64,000 bases of DNA, taken from positions 4,128,001 to 4,192,000 of the forward strand of contig OZ245006.1 of NCBI GenBank assembly GCA_965223545.1. The letters run 5' to 3'. Both the position numbers and the translations under genes were made by a program. Below the pieces are notes generated by a model. That model made no database searches and was not told the DNA's origin. It was given only the letters and a program-made list of their open reading frames with translations. The first letter of the stretch is position 1. The number at the start of each line of letters is the position of its first letter. This document shows, piece by piece, positions 8,636 to 18,443 of this stretch. This DNA is from Planctomycetota bacterium. Lineage in GTDB: Bacteria; Planctomycetota; UBA1135; UBA2386.

Positions 8636-11179
8636 ATGAGCGATTCGTCCCCTCCGACCTCCGGCGGCACCATCACCGATCTCCAGCTCGAGCAGGAGAT
8701 GCGGGAAAGCTATCTAAACTACTCGATGAGCGTGATTTACAGTCGCGCTCTGCCGGACGTGCGCGACGGGCTCAAGCCGAGCCAGCGGCGGATCCTGGTC
8801 GCGATGAACGACCTGAATCTCGGCCCGCGCGCCAAGCACCGCAAGTGTGCCAAGATCTGCGGCGACACGTCGGGCAACTACCACCCGCACGGCGAGTCGG
8901 TGGTCTACCCGACCTTGGTGGGTTTGGCGCAGCCGTTCACCACCCGCTATCCGCTGGTCGACAGCCAGGGCAACTTCGGCGCCATCGACGGCAGTCCGCC
9001 GGCGGCGATGCGCTACACCGAGGCGCGGATGGGCGCGGCCGCGGTGCACATCCTCGAGGATCTCGACAAGGAGACCGTCGAGTTCCGTCCCAACTACGAC
9101 GACCGCCTCAACGAGCCGGAGTACCTGCCGTCCAAGTTCCCCAACTTGCTGTGCAATGGCTCCACCGGCATCGCCGTCGGCATGGCGACCAGCCTGCCGC
9201 CGCACAACCTGCGCGAGGTCGCGTCCGCGATCAAGCTGGTGCTCGACAACCCCAGGGTCAGCGTCGACGAGATCATGCAGGTGCTGCCGGGACCCGACTT
9301 CCCGACCGGCGGGACGATCATGGGCCGCTCGGGTCTGCGCGCCGCCTACTTGACCGGCCGGGCCAACATCCAAGTGCGCGGCACCTACCACATCGAGGAG
9401 CGGCGCAACCGCAAGCAGATCGTCTTCACCGAGGTGCCCTACCAGGTGAAGATCAACACCATCCTCGAGCGCATCGTGCACCTGGCCAAGACCGGTCAGA
9501 TCGACACGATCGCCGACGTCAACGACGAGACCAGCGACCGGGTCGGCCTGCGACTGGTGGTCGAGCTCAAGCGCGGCGTCGACGACGAGAGCGTGACGCT
9601 CAACCAGCTGTTCAAGCTGAGCCCGCTGCAGAGCACGTTCAGCATCATCAATCTGGCGATCGATCGCGGCCAGCCGCGCACGCTCGGTATCAGGCCCCTG
9701 CTCGAGGCGTACCGCGACCACCGCTTCGACGTGATCCGCCGCCGGACCCGCTACCTGCTGCGGCGGGCGGAGGAGCGGCTGCACATCCTCGAGGGTCTGC
9801 GCATCGCCGTCGCCAACATCGACGAGGTGGTCGAGACCATCAAGACGTCGTCCAGCACCGACGAGGCGCGCACGAGGCTGCGCGAGCGTTTCGAGCTCAC
9901 CGACCTGCAGGCCCGCGCTATCCTCGACATGCGGCTGCGGACGCTGACCGGGCTGGAGATCGAGAAGCTGCAGGCCGAGTACGACGAGGTCCGCGAGAAG
10001 ATCGCCTACTACAAGGAGATCCTGGAGAACGAGTCGGTGGTGGTGCGTCTGGTCAAGAAGGACCTCGACGAGATGGTCTCGGCGTTCGGCGACGAGCGGC
10101 GCACCAAGATCTCCGAGGAGGAAGTGCAGAGCTTCGTCGACGAGGACCTGATCGCCGAGGAGATGATGGTGGTGACGGTCAGCCACCAGGGCTACATCAA
10201 GCGCACCCCGCTCGATCAGTACCGCAGCCAGGGGCGCGGGGGCAAGGGTGTGCAGGCGGGCGAGACCAAGGAGGGCGACTTCTTGGCGCAGCTGTTCGTC
10301 GCCAGCACGCACGACTACTTCTTGTTCTTCAGCGACCGCGGCCGGGTCTACTGGCGCAAGGTCTATCAGCTGCCGCAGTTCAGCCGCACTGCGCGCGGCC
10401 GTTCACTGGCCAACGTGGTGCAGACCCAGGTCGAGGACGAGCGCATCACCAAGATCCTGCGCGTCGAGGACTTCGACGACCGCTTCCTGCTGACGGCGAC
10501 GGAGAACGGCCTGATCAAGAAGACGCCGCTCGAGGCCTACAGTCGGCCCAAGCGGGGCGGCATCATCGCGGTGGGGCTCGACGACGCCGACCGGCTGATC
10601 GGCGTCGGGCTGGCGCGCAAGGGCGAGTCCATCGTGCTCGGCACCGCCGGCGGCATGGCGATCCGCTTCGACGAGGGCGATGTTCGCGCGATGGGGCGCA
10701 GCGCTCGTGGAGTGCGCGGCATCAAGCTCAAAGACGGCGACCAGGTCGTCGACATGGTGATCACCGACGAGGGCCGCAAGCTGCTGACGATCTGCGAGAA
10801 CGGCTACGGCAAGCGCACGCCGGTGGAGGACTACCGGGTGCAGGGTCGCGGTGGCCAGGGCCTGATCGACATCCGCACCACGGAGCGCAACGGCAAGGTG
10901 GTCGAGCTGCTGGCGGTCGGGGATCACGACGAGCTGATGATGGTCTCCGCCGCCGGGCAGATCGTGCGCACGCCGGTCTCCGGCATCAGCGTGGTCGGAC
11001 GCAACACCCAAGGAGTGCGCTGCATCACCTTGGCGGACGACGATCGCCTGGTCTCGTGCGCGCTCGTCGCCAACGAAGAACCCGGAGGTGATCTCGATCC
11101 GGCCCCCGATGGGGCTGCCGGCGGGGCGCCCGGTGGCGACCCCGATGCGCCCGCCGCGCCGGAGCCGAGCGAGGAGTGA
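8636..11179 (+). CDS. gyrA: DNA gyrase subunit A
   Basis: RALPDVRDGLKP, YHPHG, catalytic AAMRYTE, GyrA-box QGRGGKG, C-terminal beta-pinwheel repeats. Confidence 0.97.
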   Translation: MSDSSPPTSGGTITDLQLEQEMRESYLNYSMSVIYSRALPDVRDGLKPSQRRILVAMNDLNLGPRAKHRKCAKICGDTSGNYHPHGESVVYPTLVGLAQPFTTRYPLVDSQGNFGAIDGSPPAAMRYTEARMGAAAVHILEDLDKETVEFRPNYDDRLNEPEYLPSKFPNLLCNGSTGIAVGMATSLPPHNLREVASAIKLVLDNPRVSVDEIMQVLPGPDFPTGGTIMGRSGLRAAYLTGRANIQVRGTYHIEERRNRKQIVFTEVPYQVKINTILERIVHLAKTGQIDTIADVNDETSDRVGLRLVVELKRGVDDESVTLNQLFKLSPLQSTFSIINLAIDRGQPRTLGIRPLLEAYRDHRFDVIRRRTRYLLRRAEERLHILEGLRIAVANIDEVVETIKTSSSTDEARTRLRERFELTDLQARAILDMRLRTLTGLEIEKLQAEYDEVREKIAYYKEILENESVVVRLVKKDLDEMVSAFGDERRTKISEEEVQSFVDEDLIAEEMMVVTVSHQGYIKRTPLDQYRSQGRGGKGVQAGETKEGDFLAQLFVASTHDYFLFFSDRGRVYWRKVYQLPQFSRTARGRSLANVVQTQVEDERITKILRVEDFDDRFLLTATENGLIKKTPLEAYSRPKRGGIIAVGLDDADRLIGVGLARKGESIVLGTAGGMAIRFDEGDVRAMGRSARGVRGIKLKDGDQVVDMVITDEGRKLLTICENGYGKRTPVEDYRVQGRGGQGLIDIRTTERNGKVVELLAVGDHDELMMVSAAGQIVRTPVSGISVVGRNTQGVRCITLADDDRLVSCALVANEEPGGDLDPAPDGAAGGAPGGDPDAPAAPEPSEE

Positions 11180-11183
11180 AGCG

Positions 11184-11627
11184 ATGGGACCCCTTCAGCA
11201 ACGGCTCACCGACGACATGAAGACGGCGCTCAAGGCGGGCGACAAGCCCCGCTTGGCCGTGCTCCGCTTGATGATCGCGGCGCTCAAGGATGTGCAGCTG
11301 AAGGTCGCGCGCGACGACCTCACCGAGGCGGAGGAGACCGAGGTGCTGCAGAAGGCGGTCAAAGCGCGTCGCGACGCCGTGGCCCAGGCGCGCGAGCTCG
11401 GCCGGCAAGACGTGGTCGACGCCGAGTCGGCCGAGATCGAGGTGATCCAGGGCTACTTGCCGCAGATGTTATCGGGCGATGCGCTGATGGCGGCCGTGCG
11501 CGAAGTGGCGGCCGCGGTCGACTACTCGGGGCCGCGCGACACCGGCGCGTTCATGAAGGAGTTCATGGCTCGCTACAAGGGGCGCGCCGAGGGTCGCGAA
11601 GTGCAAGCCGCGCTCAAGCAGCTGTAG
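11184..11627 (+). CDS. GatB/YqeY domain protein
   Basis: LQQRLTDDMKTALKAGDK..L..LR, EIEVIQGYLPQMLS. Confidence 0.9.
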   Translation: MGPLQQRLTDDMKTALKAGDKPRLAVLRLMIAALKDVQLKVARDDLTEAEETEVLQKAVKARRDAVAQARELGRQDVVDAESAEIEVIQGYLPQMLSGDALMAAVREVAAAVDYSGPRDTGAFMKEFMARYKGRAEGREVQAALKQL

Positions 11628-11653
11628 CGAGCGACCGCCAGCGGCGCCCGCCC

Positions 11654-12460
11654 TCACCACGGGATCCGCAGCGGTGTCGCGCCGGGCACGCACGCGTAGC
11701 CCGAGAAGTCGGTGACGCCCGCTTCGCGCAGGACGTCTTCGTCGAGCAAGGCTTGGCCGGTGCGCTGTGCCGGATCGGTCTTGACGATCGCGACCGTGGC
11801 GTCGGCGACGATGTCGGCCTTGCGCCAGTCGCGCTCCTGTCCCAGCCCCAAGTTCTTGGTCGCCAAGCTCTCGATCAGCGTCACCGGCCAGAGCGAATTG
11901 ACCGCGATGCCGCTGCCGGCGAGCTCGCCCGCCAGGCCGTGCGTGATCATCGTCATGCCGAACTTGGAGATCATGTACGCGATGCGGCCCGCACACATGC
12001 GCGGCTCGATCGGCGGCGCCATGTTGACGATGTGGCCGAAGCCGGCCGCGCGCATCGACGGCAGCACGGCCTGGCAGGCGTAGAACGGGCCGCGGCAGTT
12101 GACGTCCATCACCAGGTCGAAGCGCTTGGCGGGGGTCTCCTCGATCGGTTTCCACCAAGCGGCGCCGGCGTTGTTGATCAGAATGTCGATGCGGCCGAAC
12201 TTCGCCAGCGCCTGCTCCACGGCCGCCTCGATCTGCTCGACCTGGCGCACGTCGGTCTGCACCGGCAGGGCGCGGCGACCGAGCGCCTCGACCTCGGCGG
12301 CGACGTCGACGATCGTCCCGGGGAGGACTCGGTGCGGCGTCATGGATTTGGCGGCCAGCACGACGTCACAGCCCTCGCGCGCCAGCGCCAGGGCGACGGC
12401 GCGGCCGATGCCGCGGCTGGCGCCGGTGATGAGAGCCACTCGGTCGGTCAGGTCGTTCAT
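11654..12460 (-). CDS. SDR oxidoreductase (HSDL2-like)
   Basis: ITGASRGIG, LPGTI, INNAG, YMISKFGM (YxxxK), NSLWP. Confidence 0.9.
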   Translation of the reverse strand: MNDLTDRVALITGASRGIGRAVALALAREGCDVVLAAKSMTPHRVLPGTIVDVAAEVEALGRRALPVQTDVRQVEQIEAAVEQALAKFGRIDILINNAGAAWWKPIEETPAKRFDLVMDVNCRGPFYACQAVLPSMRAAGFGHIVNMAPPIEPRMCAGRIAYMISKFGMTMITHGLAGELAGSGIAVNSLWPVTLIESLATKNLGLGQERDWRKADIVADATVAIVKTDPAQRTGQALLDEDVLREAGVTDFSGYACVPGATPLRIPW

Positions 12461-12513
12461 CGCGATTGTTTGCCGCCCCGTCGTTCGCGCCGACACGCTA
12501 CAATGCCCGCACC

Positions 12514-13053
12514 ATGCGCGCCGCTACCATTCTGCTGTTCGGTCTCTCTCTGACGGCCTGCAACGAGCCGCCGACGGCGACGTCGCAGCCGGTTGCCGGC
12601 GGGCTCGACGCCGCTGTGCCCCGCACCGAGGCATTGGGCGCCAAGCTCAGCGCCGACCGATACGAATTGATCGCCGATGGCGTCTACGAGGGCCCGGCGC
12701 TCGACGTCGCCGACGTTTTGGCCGAGCCGGCGCGCTTCGCCGGTGATCAGCCGCTGCGCCTGGCGGGCGAGATCGTGTCCGTCTGTCAGAACAAGGGTTG
12801 TTGGCTGCGCATGGGCTCGGATGAGACCAACCTCTTCGTCAAGTTCGGCCAGTGCGACCGCTATGTGCCCAAGGACGCCGCCGGCCGCGCGGTGTTGGTC
12901 GAGGGTCTGCTGACGATGGAGGAGGTATCGGTCGACGAGCAGCGCCACTTGCTCGAAGACGCCGGCAAGCACGAAGAGGCGGCGCAGGTGAGTGCCCCGG
13001 TGCGCCAGCCGCGCTTCCAGGCCAGCGGAGCCGCCATCGCCAAGGCGCAGTGA
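12514..13053 (+). CDS. DUF4920-like lipoprotein
   Basis: Lipobox LTAC; VCQNKGCW motif; TACAAT -10-like hexamer at 12499-12504. Confidence 0.75.
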   Translation: MRAATILLFGLSLTACNEPPTATSQPVAGGLDAAVPRTEALGAKLSADRYELIADGVYEGPALDVADVLAEPARFAGDQPLRLAGEIVSVCQNKGCWLRMGSDETNLFVKFGQCDRYVPKDAAGRAVLVEGLLTMEEVSVDEQRHLLEDAGKHEEAAQVSAPVRQPRFQASGAAIAKAQ

Positions 13054-13189
13054 CCCCGATTGGGCGGGTGCCGAGGCGAAAGCGCGGAGTTTCGCGGTCC
13101 CCCCCGCGCTGTGGGGTTGGCGGTGCCGCCCCACCGCCCGCGCCGGGTTAGGATTCTCGGCCCACCGCCCGCTCGTCCAGGAGCCCCCC

Positions 13190-14608
13190 GTGCAACCGAT
13201 CTCTACTATCCTCGCCCTGCTCGGTGCCGCGCTGCCGGCGCAGGACCCGCCCTCGACCGATGCGGCGCTGGTCGGCGAAGCGCCGATCGCCGAACCCGCC
13301 GATGGCATCCGGATCGATGGTGTCGCGCTGGACAATGCCCGCTGCATCCACGATCCGCGCGGTGTTCTGCAGGTCTCCGGCAAGCTGGACGGGGTGCGCC
13401 GCGCGTGGCGGATTCGTTTTCCCGAGCTCGCGCTGTTGGAGCCCGAGGTGCACGAGATCGGGAAGAGAGAGGATCAAGTCCGCGTGCTGGTCTTTCACGC
13501 CGATCGCGCCGCTCCCGCGCAAACGGGCGAGACGGGCGGGGATGGGGTGGGTGCCCCGGCTGCACCGGCGCGGGTGTGGGAGCCGATGTCGAACGGGCGG
13601 TTGGTGGTCACGCGCCACGATCTCGATCGCTTCGAGGGAGCCATCAAGTGGCGTGACGAGAGCAAGCTGCGCACGGTCGAGGTCTCATCAGCGGTGGAGG
13701 TGCGCCGCGTTCGGCAGCCGTCGGTGATCGGCGCGCCCGAGGAGCAGCCTGCGTCGCCGGCGCCGGCCGACCAGCCCGCCCCGGAGGACTTGGTGTTCTG
13801 TGCCATCGGCAACACCGGCACCGGCATGCCGGGGGCGGCGCGCGTGGTGTCCCAGATCGCGGACCTGGCCGCGAGTGGTCCGCTCGACATGGTGTTGCTC
13901 ACCGGCAACGTGCTGGGGCCCAACGGCGTGCAGTCGCGCGATGACGGTGCCTGGCAGACCTACTTCGAACACCTGTTCGACCGCCAGCGGCTGGACGTGC
14001 CCTTCTACGTCGCGCTCGGCGCGCAGGAGCGCGAGGGCGACGAGTCGGCGATGATCAACTACGGCGGCTTCGGCACGCGCTGGACGTTCCCCAAGTTCAG
14101 CTACTCGTTCGAGCTCGAGAGCCATGGCCAGAAGTTCTTGTTCGTCAGCGCCGACACGATCTCGATGGTGCAGGACTTGACCGACCCCCTCGCCCGGGCG
14201 GCCAACCGTTTCGTCACCCAACCCGTCGACCAGCGCGAAGCCGATTGGAAGATCGTGTTCGGCCACCTGCCGCTCTTCAGCGGTGGCCCCATCGGCAGGG
14301 ACCCAGCGTCGGCCGAGCTGCGCAAGCGACAGATCAACTGGTTCGAGAAGGGCGGCGTCGATCTCTACATCGGTGGCGCCGACCACACCATCGAGCTCAT
14401 CGGTCCTCACCGCGGCACGTTCCACGTCAATGCCGGTGGCGGTGGTGGACCGGAGACGGCCGATCCGGTGCACTGGCAGGACGACACGGTGTACGCGTTC
14501 ACCGGTGGTGGCTTCGTGTGGTTCCGCTTCGACGGCAAGCAGCTCGAGGTCTCCCTGCGGGACATCGATGGTGTGGTGCGCTACACGCACTACATCACCA
14601 AGTCGTAG
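13190..14608 (+). CDS. Secreted calcineurin-like / purple-acid-phosphatase-fold protein with degenerate metal ligands
   Basis: Signal peptide. The C-terminal domain follows the PAP pattern (FCAIGNTG, LLTGNV, PFYVALGAQE, WKIVFGHLP, YIGGADH). Confidence 0.75.
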   Translation: MQPISTILALLGAALPAQDPPSTDAALVGEAPIAEPADGIRIDGVALDNARCIHDPRGVLQVSGKLDGVRRAWRIRFPELALLEPEVHEIGKREDQVRVLVFHADRAAPAQTGETGGDGVGAPAAPARVWEPMSNGRLVVTRHDLDRFEGAIKWRDESKLRTVEVSSAVEVRRVRQPSVIGAPEEQPASPAPADQPAPEDLVFCAIGNTGTGMPGAARVVSQIADLAASGPLDMVLLTGNVLGPNGVQSRDDGAWQTYFEHLFDRQRLDVPFYVALGAQEREGDESAMINYGGFGTRWTFPKFSYSFELESHGQKFLFVSADTISMVQDLTDPLARAANRFVTQPVDQREADWKIVFGHLPLFSGGPIGRDPASAELRKRQINWFEKGGVDLYIGGADHTIELIGPHRGTFHVNAGGGGGPETADPVHWQDDTVYAFTGGGFVWFRFDGKQLEVSLRDIDGVVRYTHYITKS

Positions 14609-14630
14609 ACCGCCGGCGGAACTCAGTCCC

Positions 14631-15179
14631 TTGCCGCTTCAGCCCTGGCAGCATCTCGGCGAAGAGCGGTTGGTGCGCTTCAAGGTGTTCGACGTCGCGC
14701 GCTGTCGGCGCCGGTCACCGCGCACCGGTGCCGAGATCGACATGTTCACGATCCGCACCCTCGACTGGGTGCACATCGTGCCGGTCACCACCGATGGCCG
14801 CTTCGTTCTCGTGCGCCAGTACCGACACGGTTCGTGCGCGTTCTCGGTCGAGCTGCCGGGCGGCGCGATCAGCGAGCCGGGCGAGTCGCCGGAGCAGGCC
14901 GCCGTGCGGGAGTTGCTGGAGGAGACCGGCTACGCCCCACGACGCATGCTGTCGTTGGGCTCGGTCAACCCCAACCCCGCTCTGTTCGGCAACCGGTGCT
15001 ACACGTTCTTGGCGGAAGACTGCGACCGCGTGGCCGAGCCGCAGCTCGATCTCGGCGAAGACCTGGAGGTTCTGACCGTGACGCGCGGTGAGCTCGACGC
15101 GCTGGTGCGGCGGGGCGAGGTCGACCACGCGCTGGTCTGTGCCGGCATGTATTTGTACGACTTGCGCGCGCGCGGCTGA
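14631..15179 (+). CDS. NUDIX hydrolase (ADP-ribose pyrophosphatase-like)
   Basis: VRQYRHG, Nudix box GGAISEPGESPEQAAVRELLEETGY. Confidence 0.9.
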   Translation: MPLQPWQHLGEERLVRFKVFDVARCRRRSPRTGAEIDMFTIRTLDWVHIVPVTTDGRFVLVRQYRHGSCAFSVELPGGAISEPGESPEQAAVRELLEETGYAPRRMLSLGSVNPNPALFGNRCYTFLAEDCDRVAEPQLDLGEDLEVLTVTRGELDALVRRGEVDHALVCAGMYLYDLRARG

Positions 15180-15193
15180 GCGGGCCGCACGTG

Positions 15194-15877
15194 CTACCAG
15201 CGGCGGACGGTGCCGTCGGTCTCCCCGACCAAGACCCGGCCGGCCATGCCGACGAACAAGCCGTTGTCGATGACACCGGGAATCGCGTTGAGCGTGCGCT
15301 CCAGCTCGGCCGGCTCGGTGATGTGTTTGAACTTGCAGTCGAGTACGTAGTTGTCGTTGTCGGTGCGCGCTGGCACGCCGTGCTCCGCGTTGCGCAGCAC
15401 CGCCTCGACGCCGAGCCGCGCGATCGCGCGAGCGGCTTGTCGCCAGCCGAACGGCATCACTTCGACGGGCAGGGCGAAGGTGCTGCCGAGACGTTCGACC
15501 ACCTTGTTGGCGGACACCACGACCACCAGCTCGTCCGCCGCCGCGGCGACGATCTTCTCGCGGACCAGCGCACCGCCGCCACCCTTGATCAGGACCTTGG
15601 CGCCATCCACTTCGTCCGCGCCGTCGATGGCGAGGTCCAGCGCGTCGATCGACTCCAGGTCGCCGAGGGGTAGACCCAGCTCCCGCGCGCGCCGCGCGGT
15701 CGCCTCGCTGGTCGGAACCCCGATGACATCGAGGCCTTCGTCGCGGACGCGCTGCTGGAGCCGGTCCAGAACGTGCACGAACGTCGAGCCGGTGCCGAAG
15801 CCGACGCGCATGCCGGATTCGACGAGCTCGGCGGCGGCATGGCCCGCCGCCTTCTTGGCCAGGTCGGTGGCTTGCAT
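15194..15877 (-). CDS. rpiA: Ribose-5-phosphate isomerase A
   Basis: GFGTGST, DLAIDGADEVD, IKGGGGALVREKIV, TDNDNY. Confidence 0.96.
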   Translation of the reverse strand: MQATDLAKKAAGHAAAELVESGMRVGFGTGSTFVHVLDRLQQRVRDEGLDVIGVPTSEATARRARELGLPLGDLESIDALDLAIDGADEVDGAKVLIKGGGGALVREKIVAAAADELVVVVSANKVVERLGSTFALPVEVMPFGWRQAARAIARLGVEAVLRNAEHGVPARTDNDNYVLDCKFKHITEPAELERTLNAIPGVIDNGLFVGMAGRVLVGETDGTVRRW

Positions 15878-15959
15878 GGCGGTGGGCATCATGCGCAATT
15901 CACAGCCGAGGGCCGGCGTAAAACCCCCCTCTTGCCCTGGCCCGCCGCGTGGCGCAATA

Positions 15960-15974
15960 TGAGACTGGATCTCA
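15960..15974. promoter_or_regulatory. Fur-like palindromic operator upstream of feoAB
   Basis: TGAGA-CTGGA-TCTCA (15 bp, 7-1-7 geometry) 40 bp upstream of feoA. Confidence 0.45.
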
Positions 15975-16014
15975 ACTGACCGGCCGGTCTTGGCCGATCT
16001 CACCTACACCCTGA

Positions 16015-16260
16015 ATGCAGCCCTTGACCCACGTGACCCTCGATACCCTGGCGCCCGGAGCGACCGGAATCGTTCTGCGCGTCGACGGCGGTGACGCGAT
16101 CGCCGAGCGTCTCGAAGCCCTCGGGTTTTGGACCGGTACCCCGGTCTCGGTGGCGCGCTGTGCTCCGTTCGGTGACCCGGTCGAGTATCGGTTGCGCGGA
16201 TTCCGGCTCGCGCTGCGCCGGGTCGAGGCGGCGCGTGTTCTGGTGACCGCGGGCACCTGA
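16015..16260 (+). CDS. feoA: Ferrous iron transport protein A
   Basis: RLEALGFWTG...APFGDPVEYRLRG..LALRR.EA; adjacent to feoB. Confidence 0.92.
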   Translation: MQPLTHVTLDTLAPGATGIVLRVDGGDAIAERLEALGFWTGTPVSVARCAPFGDPVEYRLRGFRLALRRVEAARVLVTAGT

Positions 16261-16261
16261 G

Positions 16262-18256
16262 GTGCCTGCCCGATCGACAGACAATAGATTGGACTCCGTC
16301 GCCGAGACGTCGAAGCCGCCGCTCGAGGTCGCGCTGGTCGGCCGGCAGAACACCGGCAAGACCTCGCTGCTGATGCACCTGACCGGCACCGCGCAGCGGC
16401 CGGTCAACTTCCCCGGTAGCTCGGTGGAGCGCGTACTGGGCCGCCTCGTCGTCGAGGGGCGTCCGCTCGAGATCTCCGACTTGCCCGGCATCTCCTCGAT
16501 GCGCGGCGTCAGCCCGGACGAGCAGGTGAGCCTCGAGTTCCTGCGCGGACCGGCGACCAACCGCGTCGTGTGCGCGGTGCTCGACGCCTCCAAGCTCAGC
16601 GTCGAGATCGGGCTGCTCAAGCAGGTGATGGGCCTCGGCCAACCCGTCGTGGTCGCCCTCAACAAGAGCGATGTGGCGCGCGCCGAGGGGCGCGAGGTGG
16701 ACACCGCGGCGTTGGCAAGCGAGCTCGGCATCGCGGTGGTCGAAACCGATGGACTGCGTGGCAAGGGCGTCGCCGAGCTGTGCTCCGCGCTGGTCGCGGC
16801 CGCCGACGGCGGTGCATGCCGTGTGCCGGAGTCGAGCGCCGACGCCATCGCGGCGCGCGTGCAGGCGCCGCCGACCGCATCGCGGCGCACGGCGAGCGAT
16901 GTCATCGACTCGATCGTCCTGCACCGCATCTTCGGGGTTCCGATCCTGATGCTCGTCACGCTGGGCATGTTCCAGGTGGTGTTCACGGTGGCGGACCCGT
17001 TCGTCACCTGGATCGAGCAGCTGCAGGACACACTGACGTCGGCGATCTCGTCGGTGGTGCCGCGCGGCGCGCTGCGCAGCTTCATCAACGACGGGCTGGT
17101 CAACGGCGTCGGATCGGTGCTGGTGTTTCTGCCGCAGATCGCGCTGCTGATCGCCCTCGTCACGCTGCTCGAAGCCAGCGGCTACATGGCGCGCGCGGCG
17201 TTCATTCTCGACCGGTTGTTGCGCCGGTTCGGTTTGAGCGGCCGCAGCTTCGTGCCGCTGACGACCTCGTTCGCCTGTGCCATCCCCGGCATCTTGGCGA
17301 GCCGCATCATCACCAACGAACGCGACCGGATCGCGACGATCGTGGTCTCGCCGCTGATGTCGTGCTCGGCGAGGCTGCCGGTGTACGTCGTGCTGATCGG
17401 CGCGTTCTTTCCGGTCGGCTACCGCGGCCTCACGCTGTTCGGGCTCTACTTGTTGGGCATCGTCACCGCGGTGATCGTCGCACTGATCCTGCGCCGCACG
17501 GTGCTGCGTGGACCCGAGTCGCTGTTCATGATGGAGCTGCCGACCTATCAGCGGCCGTCACTGCGGGTGATCTGGTCGCAGCTGCGGGCGGCGTGCACCG
17601 AGTTCATTCGGCTCGCCGGCACCGTCATTCTGGTGACCTCCGTCCTCATCTGGCTGCTCAGCTACTACCCCAGACCGGCGCACATCCACGAGACCTTCGA
17701 AGCGCGCCGCGCAGCCGTGGCCGACGAGCCCAACCCGCAGCGCAAAGCGCGCCTGATGCTCTACTACGAGCGCCGGGAGCAGGCGGTCTATCTGCGCCAG
17801 TCGTACCTGGCGACCATCGGCAAGACCATTCAACCAGTGTTCGCGCCCGCCGGCTTCGATTGGCCGATCACGGTTGGAGTGTTGGCTGCGTTTCCGGCGC
17901 GCGAGCTGATCGTGCCGACTCTCGGCATCCTCTACAGCCGTGGGCGCGTGGACCCGGCGGAGTTCGATCTCGATGCCTTGAACGCGAAGGCCGAGCCAAC
18001 CGGCCTGCGCGGCAAGCTCCGCACGGCGAAGCGCGACGGCGGCAGGGTGCGCTCGTTCTCGACCCTGGTCGCATTGTCGTTGATGGTGTTCTTCGCTCTG
18101 TGCAGCCAGTGTGTGGCTACTTTGGGCGCGATCCGCCGCGAGACTCATACGTGGCGCTGGCCATTGTTCACGTTCGTCTACATGACCGGTTTGGCTTGGC
18201 TGGCGGCGGTCGCGGTCTATCAGACCGGCCGCGCGTTCGGATTCGGCCCCGATTAG
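16262..18256 (+). CDS. feoB: Ferrous iron transport protein B
   Basis: G1 GRQNTGKT, DLPG, NKSD; membrane domain LEASGYMARAAF, MSCSARLPVY, FMMELPTY. Confidence 0.95.
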   Translation: MPARSTDNRLDSVAETSKPPLEVALVGRQNTGKTSLLMHLTGTAQRPVNFPGSSVERVLGRLVVEGRPLEISDLPGISSMRGVSPDEQVSLEFLRGPATNRVVCAVLDASKLSVEIGLLKQVMGLGQPVVVALNKSDVARAEGREVDTAALASELGIAVVETDGLRGKGVAELCSALVAAADGGACRVPESSADAIAARVQAPPTASRRTASDVIDSIVLHRIFGVPILMLVTLGMFQVVFTVADPFVTWIEQLQDTLTSAISSVVPRGALRSFINDGLVNGVGSVLVFLPQIALLIALVTLLEASGYMARAAFILDRLLRRFGLSGRSFVPLTTSFACAIPGILASRIITNERDRIATIVVSPLMSCSARLPVYVVLIGAFFPVGYRGLTLFGLYLLGIVTAVIVALILRRTVLRGPESLFMMELPTYQRPSLRVIWSQLRAACTEFIRLAGTVILVTSVLIWLLSYYPRPAHIHETFEARRAAVADEPNPQRKARLMLYYERREQAVYLRQSYLATIGKTIQPVFAPAGFDWPITVGVLAAFPARELIVPTLGILYSRGRVDPAEFDLDALNAKAEPTGLRGKLRTAKRDGGRVRSFSTLVALSLMVFFALCSQCVATLGAIRRETHTWRWPLFTFVYMTGLAWLAAVAVYQTGRAFGFGPD

Positions 18257-18300
18257 GGGGACTTGCGAGGCGCGTCGTCCCGCAGCACACTCGAAACACC

Positions 18301-18438
18301 GTGGACTGGCACGTGACTTGGCAGGATCCAGTGGCGCTGGCCGCCGCGGCGGCCACGGTTTGGCTGGCGTGGCGCGGCATGCGGAGGCGTTCGGCGTCCG
18401 GCTGCGATCGCTGCCCGATGCGCGAGCAGCACCGCTGA
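18301..18438 (+). CDS. FeoB-associated small Cys-rich membrane protein
   Basis: MDWHVTWQDPVALAAAAATVWLAWRGMRRRSASGCDRCP: one TM helix followed by GCxxC, directly after feoB. Confidence 0.65.
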   Translation: MDWHVTWQDPVALAAAAATVWLAWRGMRRRSASGCDRCPMREQHR

Positions 18439-18443
18439 TTTCG

